Origin: Candidatus Uhrbacteria bacterium
GTDB taxonomy: Bacteria > Patescibacteriota > Patescibacteriia > UBA9934 > GWF2-40-263
Assembly: GCA_026395055.1 (NCBI GenBank)
Contig: JAPLZK010000001.1
Coordinates: 81,527 to 145,526 of the forward strand
Reading direction: 5' to 3'
Length of the DNA: 64,000 nucleotides
A program made the position numbers and the translations under genes. The notes under the pieces are model-generated. The model was not told where the DNA came from. It saw only the letters and a program-made list of their open reading frames with translations, and did no database searches. How positions within the stretch are numbered: position 1 is the first letter of the stretch; each line of letters begins with the position of its first letter. This document shows positions 19,006-28,508 of this stretch, one piece after another.

Positions 19006-21252
19006 TTAAGATGTTGCATTCTTTTTGAAGAATGGTCGCTTTGGACGATCCATTGACCCTCCGGCTGATGGAGGTTTAGATGCGCCACCCGCGCCTGGAG
19101 CTGGTCGTTCTGGGTAAACGTTTCCTGGGGCTTCTTTCATGGAAAGGCTAATCTTTCCGTCCGGATTGATTTCCATAACCTTTACAAAAACCACTTGGCC
19201 CATTTTTACAATATCCGTTACATTTTCAACACGCCACGGTGCCATGTTGCTTACGTGAACCATTCCGTCTTTTTTCGGTAAGAATTCAACGATAGCTCCA
19301 AAGTCCATAACACGCACGACTTTCCCTTGGTAGATTTCTCCAACCTTGGCTTCTCGTGTGAGAGATTCGATCCAGGCTTTTGCTTGATCGGCTCCGTTTG
19401 AGTCTTTGGACGTAATCATGACGAGACCGTCTTCCTCAATATCAATTGCTTGAACACCCGTTGTTGCAATGATTTCATTGATCATCTTTCCGCCTGGACC
19501 AATCACGCTTCCAATGGATTCTGGATTGATGCGAAGGGTGATGATGCGTGGTGCGTAAGGAGAAAGATCAGGACGTGGAGCAGAAATGGTTGCCTCCATG
19601 ACGTCGAGAATCTTCATGCGCGCAATGCGCGCTTGGTTTACGGCTTGCGTCACAATTTCGCGTGAAAGTCCTTTTGTTTTTGTATCCATTTGAATTGCGG
19701 TGATTCCGGATCGGGATCCAGCAATCTTGAAGTCCATTCCACCTTTACCGTCTTCCAGGTCTTGAAGATCGGTTAAGACTTTGAATCCTCCCACATCATT
19801 GGACGCAAGTCCCATTGCGATTCCAGCAACCGCGGCTTTGATTGGGACTCCTGCATCCATGAGCGCGAGGGTTGAACCACACGTGGATGCCATAGAACTT
19901 GATCCATTAGATCCGAAGACTTCAGATACGGCACGAACGGTGTAAGGAAACGCTTCTTTGTCTGGCATCATTCCGCGTAATGCTTTCTCGGCGAGTCCGC
20001 CGTGTCCGATATCGCGACGTGATGGTCCGCGAAGCGGTTTTACTTCTCCAACGGAGAATGGAGGAAAGTTGTAATGGTGGAAGAAACGTTTCTTTCCAAC
20101 GGTTTCCATGCCGTCCAATGTTTGTTCGTCGCCAGGTGCGCCGAGGGTGATGGTTGTCAAAACTTGTGTTTCTCCGCGCATGAAGTGTCCGGTTCCGTGA
20201 ATGCGTGGAAGAAGTTGAACTTCTGCAAGGAGTGTACGAATTTCGTTTAACGCACGGCCATCGACACGTTTGCCATCTTCGATCACGGCGCGCGTGAGTT
20301 CGTCTTCTAAGACAGTAATGACAATGTCTGTTCCGTATTTAATTTGATCCTTCTCAATTCCCTTTTCAGCAAGGAATTGTTTTGTGCGCGCTTTTAGTTC
20401 TGATTTTTGTGCGGCACGTTCTCCTTTTGTTGCTTGTGGTGCTTTAAAGAAGAGTTCTTTTACTTGTTCGAGGATATATGGGCGAACCATGTCCTCGACA
20501 GTCTTGCGAGCAACAAGGATTGCCTTTTCTTCATCTGTTTTTGGAGAAAGAATATCTACTTTTGTTTTTCCTGCAGCTTTTACGACTTGGTCGATAAGTT
20601 GCATGGGTTCTTTCAAGTTTTTTTGTCCAAACCAGAACGCTTCCAAGACAACATCTTCTGCCGCTTCATTTGCTCCCGCTTCCACCATGATGATGGATTC
20701 CGTTGTTCCGGCAAATGCGAGATCAAGAAGTGATTTCTCACGCGCTTCATAGCTTGGGTTTAAAACCCATTCGCCATCTACTTGTCCAACGCGTACACAT
20801 CCGATTGGTCCGTCCCATGGAATGTCAGACATCGCGAGTGCACAGCTTCCACCAATGAGTCCCAAAACATCTGGATCATTTTCGCCATCAAACGCGAGAC
20901 AGGTGACAATCACTTGAATGTCATTGCGAATGCGATCATCAAACAATGGGCGCAGGGCGCGATCAATAAATCGTGCGGTGAGAATTGCTTCGTCTGTTGG
21001 ACGACCTTCTGTTTTCATGAAACGTGAACCTTTGATGCGACCAGCCGCATACAATTTTTCTTCGTAATCTACCATGAGGGGAAGATAATCGATTCCATCA
21101 CGCTTGTTTGAACTAAGTGTTGCGGTCGCGAGAATCACCGTGTCTCCGTATTGCACCATACAAGCTCCGTTTGCTTGTGCGGCATATTTGCCAACTTCAA
21201 TGGATAAGGTTTTTCCGCCCCATTGCGTTTCAAATTTCTGAATCTTGTTCAT
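19006..21252 (-). CDS. pnp: polynucleotide phosphorylase/polyadenylase
   Basis: 748 aa with two RNase PH domains, KH (GPGGKMINEI) and a C-terminal S1 domain. The N-terminus is MNKIQKFETQWGGKTLSIEVGK. Confidence 0.95.
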   Translation of the reverse strand: MNKIQKFETQWGGKTLSIEVGKYAAQANGACMVQYGDTVILATATLSSNKRDGIDYLPLMVDYEEKLYAAGRIKGSRFMKTEGRPTDEAILTARFIDRALRPLFDDRIRNDIQVIVTCLAFDGENDPDVLGLIGGSCALAMSDIPWDGPIGCVRVGQVDGEWVLNPSYEAREKSLLDLAFAGTTESIIMVEAGANEAAEDVVLEAFWFGQKNLKEPMQLIDQVVKAAGKTKVDILSPKTDEEKAILVARKTVEDMVRPYILEQVKELFFKAPQATKGERAAQKSELKARTKQFLAEKGIEKDQIKYGTDIVITVLEDELTRAVIEDGKRVDGRALNEIRTLLAEVQLLPRIHGTGHFMRGETQVLTTITLGAPGDEQTLDGMETVGKKRFFHHYNFPPFSVGEVKPLRGPSRRDIGHGGLAEKALRGMMPDKEAFPYTVRAVSEVFGSNGSSSMASTCGSTLALMDAGVPIKAAVAGIAMGLASNDVGGFKVLTDLQDLEDGKGGMDFKIAGSRSGITAIQMDTKTKGLSREIVTQAVNQARIARMKILDVMEATISAPRPDLSPYAPRIITLRINPESIGSVIGPGGKMINEIIATTGVQAIDIEEDGLVMITSKDSNGADQAKAWIESLTREAKVGEIYQGKVVRVMDFGAIVEFLPKKDGMVHVSNMAPWRVENVTDIVKMGQVVFVKVMEINPDGKISLSMKEAPGNVYPERPAPGAGGASKPPSAGGSMDRPKRPFFKKNATS

Positions 21253-21259
21253 AATTTGT

Positions 21260-21320
21260 GATTCTGCAGAAGCGTAAGAAGTCGAGCAATCTCTCGAAAT
21301 CTCGTTGTCTCTGCAGAATC
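21260..21320 (-). promoter_or_regulatory. pnp 5' leader stem-loop (11-bp inverted repeat GATTCTGCAGA / TCTGCAGAATC)
   Basis: A perfect 11-bp inverted repeat with a 39-nt loop lies immediately upstream of the pnp start. In E. coli the pnp leader has an RNase III-processed hairpin used for autoregulation. Confidence 0.4.
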
Positions 21321-21381
21321 GAGCTAATGATTAATCCGTGTAAGGCTTGCGCTATTCACAAGCCTCTCACTGCGCAATCAT

Positions 21382-22059
21382 TTAAAATTCTAATCGGCGT
21401 TCACGTGAATCCTCCTGATCTTTATTTGGTTTTGATTCCATGAAGAATCCGTGATCTCCTTCGTTATCTTCGTGTTCTTCCCCAATGTCGTCTGTGTTTG
21501 TAGGTTCCATGTATTCTGGTTCATCATTGTAGCTTGGTTTTTTGTCGTGCGTTGGTTTTGAAACGGGCCCAATAAGGAAACGACGTTTGTTTTGAGACAT
21601 GTCGATGTGCGCATCGACAACGCCGGTAAGAATGGACGATGTTGTTTCCCCGAAGCTTATTAATTCTACGATGCGTCCGCGCGCTTGGCAAAATTGTACA
21701 AGCGGTGCGTAGTCTCCATCACCAGAAACTAAGACAACAACGTCGAGCATGTCGAGCATACGCACGACATCAATGGTGAGTCCAACATCCCAATCCCCTT
21801 TTTTGTGACCGGATGCGTATTCAATGAGATCTTTTTCTCGAAGTTCGATTCCTGCTTTCTCGAGGGCATCAAAGAATGGACGACCTTCTTCTCCTTTTGT
21901 GCGAATGACATACGCCATTGCGCGAATGAGTCTGCGTCCGCTTGTTGCGTCTGCCACAATATTTTTAAAATCTACTTTGCGTTTAAAAAGATAACGCGCA
22001 GAGTAGTACATGTTTTGTGTGTCGATAAAAATTCCGACACGTTGGTCTGGGTGTTGCAT
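21382..22059 (-). CDS. NYN/LabA-like domain protein
   Basis: Carries VGIFIDTQNMYYSA and VVLVSGDGDYAPLV, typical of the NYN/PIN-like fold. It sits between rpsO and pnp and has an acidic C-terminal tail. Confidence 0.65.
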   Translation of the reverse strand: MQHPDQRVGIFIDTQNMYYSARYLFKRKVDFKNIVADATSGRRLIRAMAYVIRTKGEEGRPFFDALEKAGIELREKDLIEYASGHKKGDWDVGLTIDVVRMLDMLDVVVLVSGDGDYAPLVQFCQARGRIVELISFGETTSSILTGVVDAHIDMSQNKRRFLIGPVSKPTHDKKPSYNDEPEYMEPTNTDDIGEEHEDNEGDHGFFMESKPNKDQEDSRERRLEF

Positions 22060-22154
22060 AATGAAAGGGACAAGGGGTTAGGGTCTAGGGGTTAGTCAAA
22101 AAAGTGCTAACCACGAAAAAGGCAAAACCTCGCCGAATGGGCGAGGCTTTTAAA

Positions 22155-22418
22155 TTACTTCAGTTCCAATTCTTTCTTGAGTTTCAAAAACGCTTTTGCA
22201 TCTTCGCGCTCAAGGTATTTGAGCAAGCGGCGGCGTTCGTTTACCTTTTTGATGAGTCCACGGCGGGATGAAAAGTCCTTTTTGTGGTCTTTCAAGTGAT
22301 CCGTAAGCTCAGAGATTTCTGAGGTTAAAATAGCGATCTGCACTTGTGGTGACCCTGTGTCAGAAGCATGTGTACGGAATTTCTCAATAATCTTGAGTTT
22401 CTTTTTAACATCGAGCAT
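22155..22418 (-). CDS. rpsO: 30S ribosomal protein S15
   Basis: 87 aa with conserved HKKDFSSRRGLIKKVNERRRLLKYL. It is in the classical position upstream of pnp. Confidence 0.9.
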   Translation of the reverse strand: MLDVKKKLKIIEKFRTHASDTGSPQVQIAILTSEISELTDHLKDHKKDFSSRRGLIKKVNERRRLLKYLEREDAKAFLKLKKELELK

Positions 22419-22536
22419 ATCTTTGTGATTTCGTGCCGGTCAACTGAGTAAAAGGGGCTCATTCCTTAAACCGAGTCAAAGGCCAATGAGTTATGGGCAC
22501 AATATAAGGTTATAAGAGGGTTTTGTCAAATATAGG

Positions 22537-22869
22537 CTATTTATACATCAAAATACCAATAACGACCCCTAAATCTACTAAAATCATGAGACTGTTTGGA
22601 AACCAAATGGGCATTTCTTTGTGAAGCCAGCCGTAATACGTCCAATAACACGCACTTATAAGGTAGGTTCCCCATGTGACAAGAGAGAGATCTGAAGCAT
22701 TGTGATGTACAAAGATGGTAATGAACTGAGGAATGGTCAGGATGGGAACGATGATGGAGAGATAAGCGAAGCGATCAACGAACCGGATAAAGGCTTTTGG
22801 GTTTGGGACTGGTTCTAGTTGTTTTGAAGCGCGCGCGCGTGCACGAAGATGTTTGAGTCCAGAATTCAT
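22537..22869 (-). CDS. small PQ-loop (SemiSWEET-like) membrane protein
   Basis: About 110 aa with 3 predicted TM segments and a PQ motif (LTIPQFITIF). The start was taken at internal MNSGLKHL. Confidence 0.4.
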   Translation of the reverse strand: MNSGLKHLRARARASKQLEPVPNPKAFIRFVDRFAYLSIIVPILTIPQFITIFVHHNASDLSLVTWGTYLISACYWTYYGWLHKEMPIWFPNSLMILVDLGVVIGILMYK

Positions 22870-22903
22870 AAGAAAGGATGAACGAATCAGTGTGATTAGT
22901 ATA

Positions 22904-22938
22904 TCAAAAAAACATCCCCGGGTCAGGGATGTTTTTTG
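22904..22938. terminator. bidirectional rho-independent terminator
   Basis: aaaaaaacatccccgggtcagggatgttttttg: a 7-bp stem flanked by A- and T-runs. Confidence 0.6.
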
Positions 22939-22946
22939 TTTCACGG

Positions 22947-23711
22947 TTATTTACCGAGTGCCTTGTCGATTGCTGCGGAAAGCGTTGCTTCTGGGACAGC
23001 TCCTGTAATTGGAGTTGCAGAACCGTCTTTTCCGATAACGAATGTTCCCGGTGTTCCGTTGATTCCCGCGGCTCCTCCGGCTGCGGCTTGGTCTTGGATT
23101 TTCTTCAAGTATTTTTGTGTTTTCACACAATCGTTGAATTTACCAAGGTTCAACTTATTGTCTGTTGCGAGTTTTACGTAATACGCATCGTTTTCTGAAT
23201 CTTGGTTTGCAAACAATGCGTCATGAAACTCCCAGAACTTTCCTTGTTCAGATGCACATTCTGCTGCGTTTGCGGCTGGAAGGGCGTTTGGGTGAAAGGA
23301 TAATGGGAAGTGGCGGTACACAAGACGAACTTGGTCTTTGTATTTTGCCATGACCGTATCAAGAGTTGGTTCAAATGCGCCACAGTATGGGCATTGGAAG
23401 TCTGAGTATTCAATGAGGGTCACAGGCGCGTTCTTATTTCCTTTCATGTGGTCGTCATTTGAAACTGCGGGAACGGTTCCGGTTGGAGCTGGTGCTGCAT
23501 TTGGATCTGCGGACGGAGATGGGTTGTTTACGGCGATTGGTTTTGCGCTATTTGATCCAAGGGATAAATCGCTCACAGAACAGCTTCCGCGGAACATGCA
23601 GGTTGCAAGTAAGATGAAGCCGAGTGTTCCGACTCCAAGGATTGCGGTGCCGACTCCGAGCCAGAATGCGGTTTTTGACGGGATAACGTCAAAAAGATTT
23701 TGTTTTTCCAT
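22947..23711 (-). CDS. DsbA-family thiol:disulfide oxidoreductase (membrane-anchored)
   Basis: N-terminal TM helix, a Pro-rich linker and a thioredoxin fold with a CPYC active site (YSDFQCPYCGAF). Confidence 0.8.
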   Translation of the reverse strand: MEKQNLFDVIPSKTAFWLGVGTAILGVGTLGFILLATCMFRGSCSVSDLSLGSNSAKPIAVNNPSPSADPNAAPAPTGTVPAVSNDDHMKGNKNAPVTLIEYSDFQCPYCGAFEPTLDTVMAKYKDQVRLVYRHFPLSFHPNALPAANAAECASEQGKFWEFHDALFANQDSENDAYYVKLATDNKLNLGKFNDCVKTQKYLKKIQDQAAAGGAAGINGTPGTFVIGKDGSATPITGAVPEATLSAAIDKALGK

Positions 23712-23758
23712 AATGAGAAAAGTGAATTCAAGAAGTTAAGTTGTCGAAAAGTCGATTT

Positions 23759-24145
23759 TTAGAAACCGTGTGCAGAGGAAATTTGCGGAAGGAATAGATC
23801 AAATGGAATTGGGCCTGTTCTCGGTCGTAAATGCTCCCTTCTGCCGATACGGCCTGTGATAGCAAGGAATCGAACAAGTGATTTCTCTAGAATACGCTTT
23901 GAACATATGGCATAGACGATCACGGCCGCAAGAATGCTTGCGAGTTCTTGTGTGAGCGCCATGTCTGGCGCATGTTTTTCTGTGTGAATTGGACTGGATG
24001 CATGTTCAACGGAACAGAACGGGCCTTGGAAAAAAGACACAGAACTTGTTGACCCGCATCCGGATGCGGCACCGATCATAAAACTCATCGCAAGAAGAGC
24101 GAGGGAGAGGCTAATCACCAGTGATCGCGGACAAGCACGAATCAT
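23759..24145 (-). CDS. hypothetical small membrane protein
   Basis: A 128-aa ORF with 2-3 hydrophobic segments and Cys residues in a loop. A VKOR/DsbB-like role is possible given the adjacent DsbA, but it is not supported by motifs. Confidence 0.3.
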   Translation of the reverse strand: MIRACPRSLVISLSLALLAMSFMIGAASGCGSTSSVSFFQGPFCSVEHASSPIHTEKHAPDMALTQELASILAAVIVYAICSKRILEKSLVRFLAITGRIGRREHLRPRTGPIPFDLFLPQISSAHGF

Positions 24146-24246
24146 AATGAAAGAATTATAGCAGATGAAAGACGGAAAGAAGAGAATGCGTCAAGAAGGA
24201 AAGAATATTCGACCAAGAGAAGTGATGTGTCGTATAATTTCCGTAC

Positions 24247-25167
24247 ATGAAAAAACTCGATCAACTGATTACCGACTTTCTTGAATATCTTGAAATCGAA
24301 CGTGGGCGTTCAAATCGTACGATTGTGAACTATAATTTTTATTTGCGAAGATTTTCAGAGTTCGCAAAGAATCCTTTCGCAAAAGATGTTACACGTGATC
24401 AAATCCACGAGTACCGGTTGTGGTTGAACAGAATGGAAAGCGGAAGACAACGTGAACAACTCTCAAAGAGTACACAAAATTATCATTTGATCGCGCTTCG
24501 ATCTTTTTTGAAATATCTCGCGCGCCAAGCGGTTGAAAGTTTGCCCGCAGAACAAATCGAACTTGCAAAAACGCCCATGCGACAAGTTGAATTTCTAGAA
24601 GTTGATGAATTGGATCGATTGCTGAAAGCGCCAGATCGAACGGCTAAGGGAATGATTGCCCTTCGTGATAAGGCTGTGCTCGAGCTTTTATTCTCGACAG
24701 GGCTTCGTGTTTCAGAACTCTCAAATTTACAAATGGAAAATATTAATTTGAAGCGCGAAGAATTTACGATTCGCGGAAAAGGTGGAAAGACACGATTAGT
24801 TTTTCTTTCTTCAACGGCGCGTGATGCGATTACAACCTATCTCGATAAACGTCGTGACACGTCTCCATTTATTTTCGTTTCGCATGATCGCGCGAAACAA
24901 GGACGTGAAGAAACGGGTCCACTCACCCCTCGATCAATTCAGAGAATGGTTGAGAGATATGCAACAGCCGTTGGAATTACCAAACACATTACGCCACATA
25001 CACTTCGACACACATTCGCAACAGATCTGCTTCTCTCGGGAGCAGATATTCGATCGGTCCAATCCATGCTTGGACACTCGAGTATTACAACCACACAGAT
25101 TTATACACACATTACCAACAACCAGATGAAAGATGTGTATAAGAAGTTTCATGGGAAGAATCGATAA
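24247..25167 (+). CDS. tyrosine site-specific recombinase (XerC/XerD-like)
   Basis: N-terminal SAM-like core-binding domain. The catalytic C-terminus has R..HTLRHTFAT and LGHSSITTTQIYTH (the RHRY family). Confidence 0.85.
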   Translation: MKKLDQLITDFLEYLEIERGRSNRTIVNYNFYLRRFSEFAKNPFAKDVTRDQIHEYRLWLNRMESGRQREQLSKSTQNYHLIALRSFLKYLARQAVESLPAEQIELAKTPMRQVEFLEVDELDRLLKAPDRTAKGMIALRDKAVLELLFSTGLRVSELSNLQMENINLKREEFTIRGKGGKTRLVFLSSTARDAITTYLDKRRDTSPFIFVSHDRAKQGREETGPLTPRSIQRMVERYATAVGITKHITPHTLRHTFATDLLLSGADIRSVQSMLGHSSITTTQIYTHITNNQMKDVYKKFHGKNR

Positions 25168-25190
25168 AAAAAGATTCGACATGCGTCGAA

Positions 25191-25652
25191 TCAAGGATGG
25201 TTGAGAGCAAACTCTCGAGGAATGGCTTTCCAGCCATTTTTATTTTTGAAGAGTCGTCGTGCGACCACGGATTTGTGTGTGTCGAGGGTGAATCGATGAA
25301 ATCGATTTGCCGGAATGATAATGAGATCTCCCGGAGAAAGCATGATGCGCATCCAGCGATCATCCGCATCACGAATATCGAAGATGCCATTCCCTTCAAG
25401 GATGAGGCGAATCTCTTCGTCCTCATGACGATGTTCTTGAAAGAACATGACGAGTTTTGTTTCGAGATCTGGTGTGTTCTTATCGAGCTGCACTTCATCT
25501 TGATCCATGTACCCGCGCATGGAGCAGATGGACGCGAGGGTTTGTTCTCGTTCGCGCGTATGTGTTCCAAGTTGCCAAGAAAGGATTCCTTGTTGCGTAA
25601 GGAAATCACGATCAAGAATCACATTTGCATTATCGAGTAGAAAAGTATGCAT
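25191..25652 (-). CDS. cupin-fold acireductone dioxygenase-like protein
   Basis: 153 aa with EEIRLILEGNGIFDI...IIIPANRFHRF, matching the ARD/cupin pattern. Confidence 0.55.
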   Translation of the reverse strand: MHTFLLDNANVILDRDFLTQQGILSWQLGTHTREREQTLASICSMRGYMDQDEVQLDKNTPDLETKLVMFFQEHRHEDEEIRLILEGNGIFDIRDADDRWMRIMLSPGDLIIIPANRFHRFTLDTHKSVVARRLFKNKNGWKAIPREFALNHP

Positions 25653-25655
25653 GTG

Positions 25656-26615
25656 CTACCTCCAGACGAGTTCATTTGTGTATTTCACAATTCCCTTCAC
25701 TCGCCATGGACGAAGGGTTGCAACGGAGCCAATGAAGATTGAACTTGCGCCGGCCTGATGATAGTCGCGCACATCTTCTTTGCATAGAATTCCGCCACCG
25801 CCATTGATGGGTTTTGTGAATCCTGTTGCGCGAAGTTGTTTGATCCAATCGCACACAAGGGGTTTGAGTGCGGCACCAGAAATTCCACCACCACCCAAAT
25901 GTTGGAGCGGAGAGGTTGGGTTGCGCCATGTGTGAAGACCGAAGGAAAATTTTCCGTCCGGTTTCCAATCGTAGGGAATCGTATTTGAAACGCAGATCGC
26001 ATCGCAATACGGAAGGTGTTCAAGTTCCATGACGGCCGCAATCGGTGCAGATGCAATCGAGAACTTTGGCATGATTGGAACACCAAGGTGACTTGCGGCT
26101 TCAAGAATAGTGATCCATTCGGAAATAAATGTTTTCGGATCGTGTCCTGTGTTTGGACACGACAAGTTGATCTGTAATCCAAATAGGGATTTGAATTGGT
26201 GTTTGCAAAGAGCGAGCGCGGCAACCATGCGTTGTATTTCATCCAGTCGTGTTTCCGGTGTGTCCGCAAGCGTCGTCACGGAAATCCAAAATGGTTTTGC
26301 ATGCGACTGCCAGCGAAATGTGTTTAGCAGATCGATCACGCCAGGATTCGAAAGCCCAACCGAGTTGAGCATGAGTCCTTCGAATGGTCTTGCGCGGACA
26401 CAGAGCGGAAATGGATAGCGCGGCGAAAAGTCGCTCGCAAGAACCATGTTTCCCGCACGAGCGCGCAGTGTTGCTGTCTTTGACACAAACGTTACGTCGG
26501 AGAAATCAAGGCCGAATGGTTTCCATGCGGGATGAAACCAATACCCTTCTCCAAAAAATCCTTGAACGCCGGACGCACCAAGCACATTCCCAAATTCAAT
26601 CTTACGAAGTTGCAT
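25656..26615 (-). CDS. dihydroorotate dehydrogenase-like TIM-barrel flavoenzyme
   Basis: Carries GNVLGASGVQGFFG, NLSCPNT and GGGGI, characteristic of PyrD/DHPD-type folds. The start was taken at internal MQLRKIEF (26615); the ORF extends to 26807. Confidence 0.65.
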   Translation of the reverse strand: MQLRKIEFGNVLGASGVQGFFGEGYWFHPAWKPFGLDFSDVTFVSKTATLRARAGNMVLASDFSPRYPFPLCVRARPFEGLMLNSVGLSNPGVIDLLNTFRWQSHAKPFWISVTTLADTPETRLDEIQRMVAALALCKHQFKSLFGLQINLSCPNTGHDPKTFISEWITILEAASHLGVPIMPKFSIASAPIAAVMELEHLPYCDAICVSNTIPYDWKPDGKFSFGLHTWRNPTSPLQHLGGGGISGAALKPLVCDWIKQLRATGFTKPINGGGGILCKEDVRDYHQAGASSIFIGSVATLRPWRVKGIVKYTNELVWR

Positions 26616-26760
26616 GTGGATTCCTTTTTGTCTATTGGTTGAAAGAATCAGAGGAATCTTACTTGATCCGAGAGAAATGGCAATAAATGATTGACAAATA
26701 CGTGATTTTCGTGTATTTTTTTCTGTTGTTTTACAACGTGTTTCAAACAACGGAGGAACC

Positions 26761-27702
26761 ATGGAACGGAAATCCGATTCCAAGCTCATTGAAAACCTGT
26801 TTCGCAAACGCGATCTACTCCTTGCAGGAAATGACGATCACAAACAGATTCGTCCCGTTCTGCTTATTTTGGGTGGTGGCATGCGTGGGGCAAGTGGCAT
26901 TGGTGCGGTGTATGCGCTACACCTTCTTGGATTGCAAGACGTATTCGATGTCGTTGTCGGAATCTCGACCGGAGCAGGCATCAGCGCTTGTTTCCTCTCG
27001 GGAGAAGAAACGGCTCGACGTGGCGCAGCGATTTATTACGAAGATCTTGCGCAAGGGTTCATTGATGTCATGCGTGATCCAATTACGGACATTGATTTCG
27101 TTGAGCGTGTTGTGCGAACCGGAAGAAAACGTGTTGATCCAGAAGCGATTCACAGCGCGCGATCGGAATTTTTCGTGTGTGTGACCGATCACCACGATGT
27201 GACTCCAGTGCTTCTTGATGCAAAGCGAGCGACTCCAGACATCATCACGGCCGTGAAAGCGTCTATGGCGATTCCGGGATTCTATAATCGAACCGTTCAA
27301 GTGAATGGTCGGCAGTACGTGGATGGAAGTGTGAATCCGTTTCCGATTCGTCGCGTACTCGAGCTTTTCAATCCGACCGACATGTTGGTCATCGCGAATT
27401 GTACGGAAGAATCCGGACGAGATCGTGAACCAAATTTGATCGAGAAGGCGTTGAACCTCTATTTCATGCGCAATGTGCCGAACACGCTTCGCACCATGTG
27501 GACGTCGCGTTACGAGCGGTGGGCTCGTGGACTCGCACAGTTCCGCGCGCTCACACACGTGCACACCGGAATTTTGTGGTCACCGACACAAATTGAAATG
27601 CTCACAAGCGACCCAGAAAAATTACGCTACGCGTCAGAACGTGCGGTCGAAGAAACGTTTCGCTCATTTGGTCAAAAGCCACCTGCGTTTTCACTCCTCT
27701 GA
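26761..27702 (+). CDS. patatin-like phospholipase
   Basis: Glycine-rich GGGMRGASG oxyanion motif, a GISTG serine lipase motif and a later DGS/DGG Asp motif. Confidence 0.8.
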   Translation: MERKSDSKLIENLFRKRDLLLAGNDDHKQIRPVLLILGGGMRGASGIGAVYALHLLGLQDVFDVVVGISTGAGISACFLSGEETARRGAAIYYEDLAQGFIDVMRDPITDIDFVERVVRTGRKRVDPEAIHSARSEFFVCVTDHHDVTPVLLDAKRATPDIITAVKASMAIPGFYNRTVQVNGRQYVDGSVNPFPIRRVLELFNPTDMLVIANCTEESGRDREPNLIEKALNLYFMRNVPNTLRTMWTSRYERWARGLAQFRALTHVHTGILWSPTQIEMLTSDPEKLRYASERAVEETFRSFGQKPPAFSLL

Positions 27703-27765
27703 TATTTCTCAGAGGATTTTTTTATGCAAACAAAAAATCCTTCGAGATCATCGAAAGATTCTTTG

Positions 27766-27842
27766 TGGTGGCCTGGACTGGAGTTGAACCAGTGACCTTG
27801 GGCTTAGAAGTCCCCTGCTCTATCCAACTGAGCTACCAGGCC
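27766..27842 (-). tRNA. tRNA-Arg (anticodon TCT)
   Basis: Manual fold: acceptor GGCCTGG/CCAGGCC, D-arm GCTC-AGTTGGATA-GAGC, anticodon loop CTTCTAA, T-arm ACTGG-TTCAACT-CCAGT, with CCA encoded. The anticodon stem has only 3 GC pairs flanked by G·A and A·G mismatches. Confidence 0.75.
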
Positions 27843-27863
27843 GCAAAAACTACGGTAAATATA

Positions 27864-28508
27864 ATGGATTTTTGGAGATTTGTCAATCGATGCTATGATC
27901 AAATGCATATGAAGCAACAAATTTTTGCGATTCATGGCGGCGGTGCGTTTGACACGTACGAAGCGTTTCTTGAGGATCTTCGATCGATCAATCTTGATTT
28001 GTCTCGTGCGACACGCGAGGGTTGGAAGCAAAGTTTGCAAGAAACACTTGGTGATGACTTCGAGGTTATTCAACCTCGCATGCCGAATGCGAACAATGCA
28101 AAATATTTGGAATGGAAAATTTGGTTTGAGAAACACATTCCGTTTATGCAAGATGGTGTGATCTTCATCGGGCACTCACTCGGTGGAATTTTTCTTGCAA
28201 AATATTTGTCAGAAGAGACGTTGCCAAAAACCATTCGCGCAACACTACTCGTTGCACCACCGTTCAATACAGAAACAGAACATCCGCTCGCTGATTTTAT
28301 TCTATCCGCATCTCTCGAGAAGTTCGAGAAGCAAGCCGGTACTATTTATTTTTTTCAAAGTAAAGATGATGAAATTGTTCCGTACGCAAATGTTGAATCG
28401 TACACGTGTGTATTGCCGCGCGCACATTTGATCGCGTTCGAGGATCGTGGGCATTTTCATCAGGCAACATTTTCAGAATTAATCGAGGTGATAAAAAACA
28501 ACTGTTAA
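27864..28508 (+). CDS. alpha/beta-fold serine hydrolase (YdeN/RBBP9-like esterase)
   Basis: Carries IFAIHGGGAFD and a GHSLGG nucleophile elbow. The ORF as drawn from 27765 overlaps the tRNA, so the start was moved to an internal Met. Confidence 0.6.
   Translation: MDFWRFVNRCYDQMHMKQQIFAIHGGGAFDTYEAFLEDLRSINLDLSRATREGWKQSLQETLGDDFEVIQPRMPNANNAKYLEWKIWFEKHIPFMQDGVIFIGHSLGGIFLAKYLSEETLPKTIRATLLVAPPFNTETEHPLADFILSASLEKFEKQAGTIYFFQSKDDEIVPYANVESYTCVLPRAHLIAFEDRGHFHQATFSELIEVIKNNC

Noticed and set aside
23759-24145. VKOR/DsbB homolog next to DsbA
   Set aside because: It is too short at 128 aa and lacks a TM-embedded CxxC. It is kept only as a hypothetical membrane protein.
27765-27863. The N-terminal 33 codons of the 27765..28508 ORF
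   Set aside because: They are the reverse complement of tRNA-Arg(TCT). The true start must be an internal Met.
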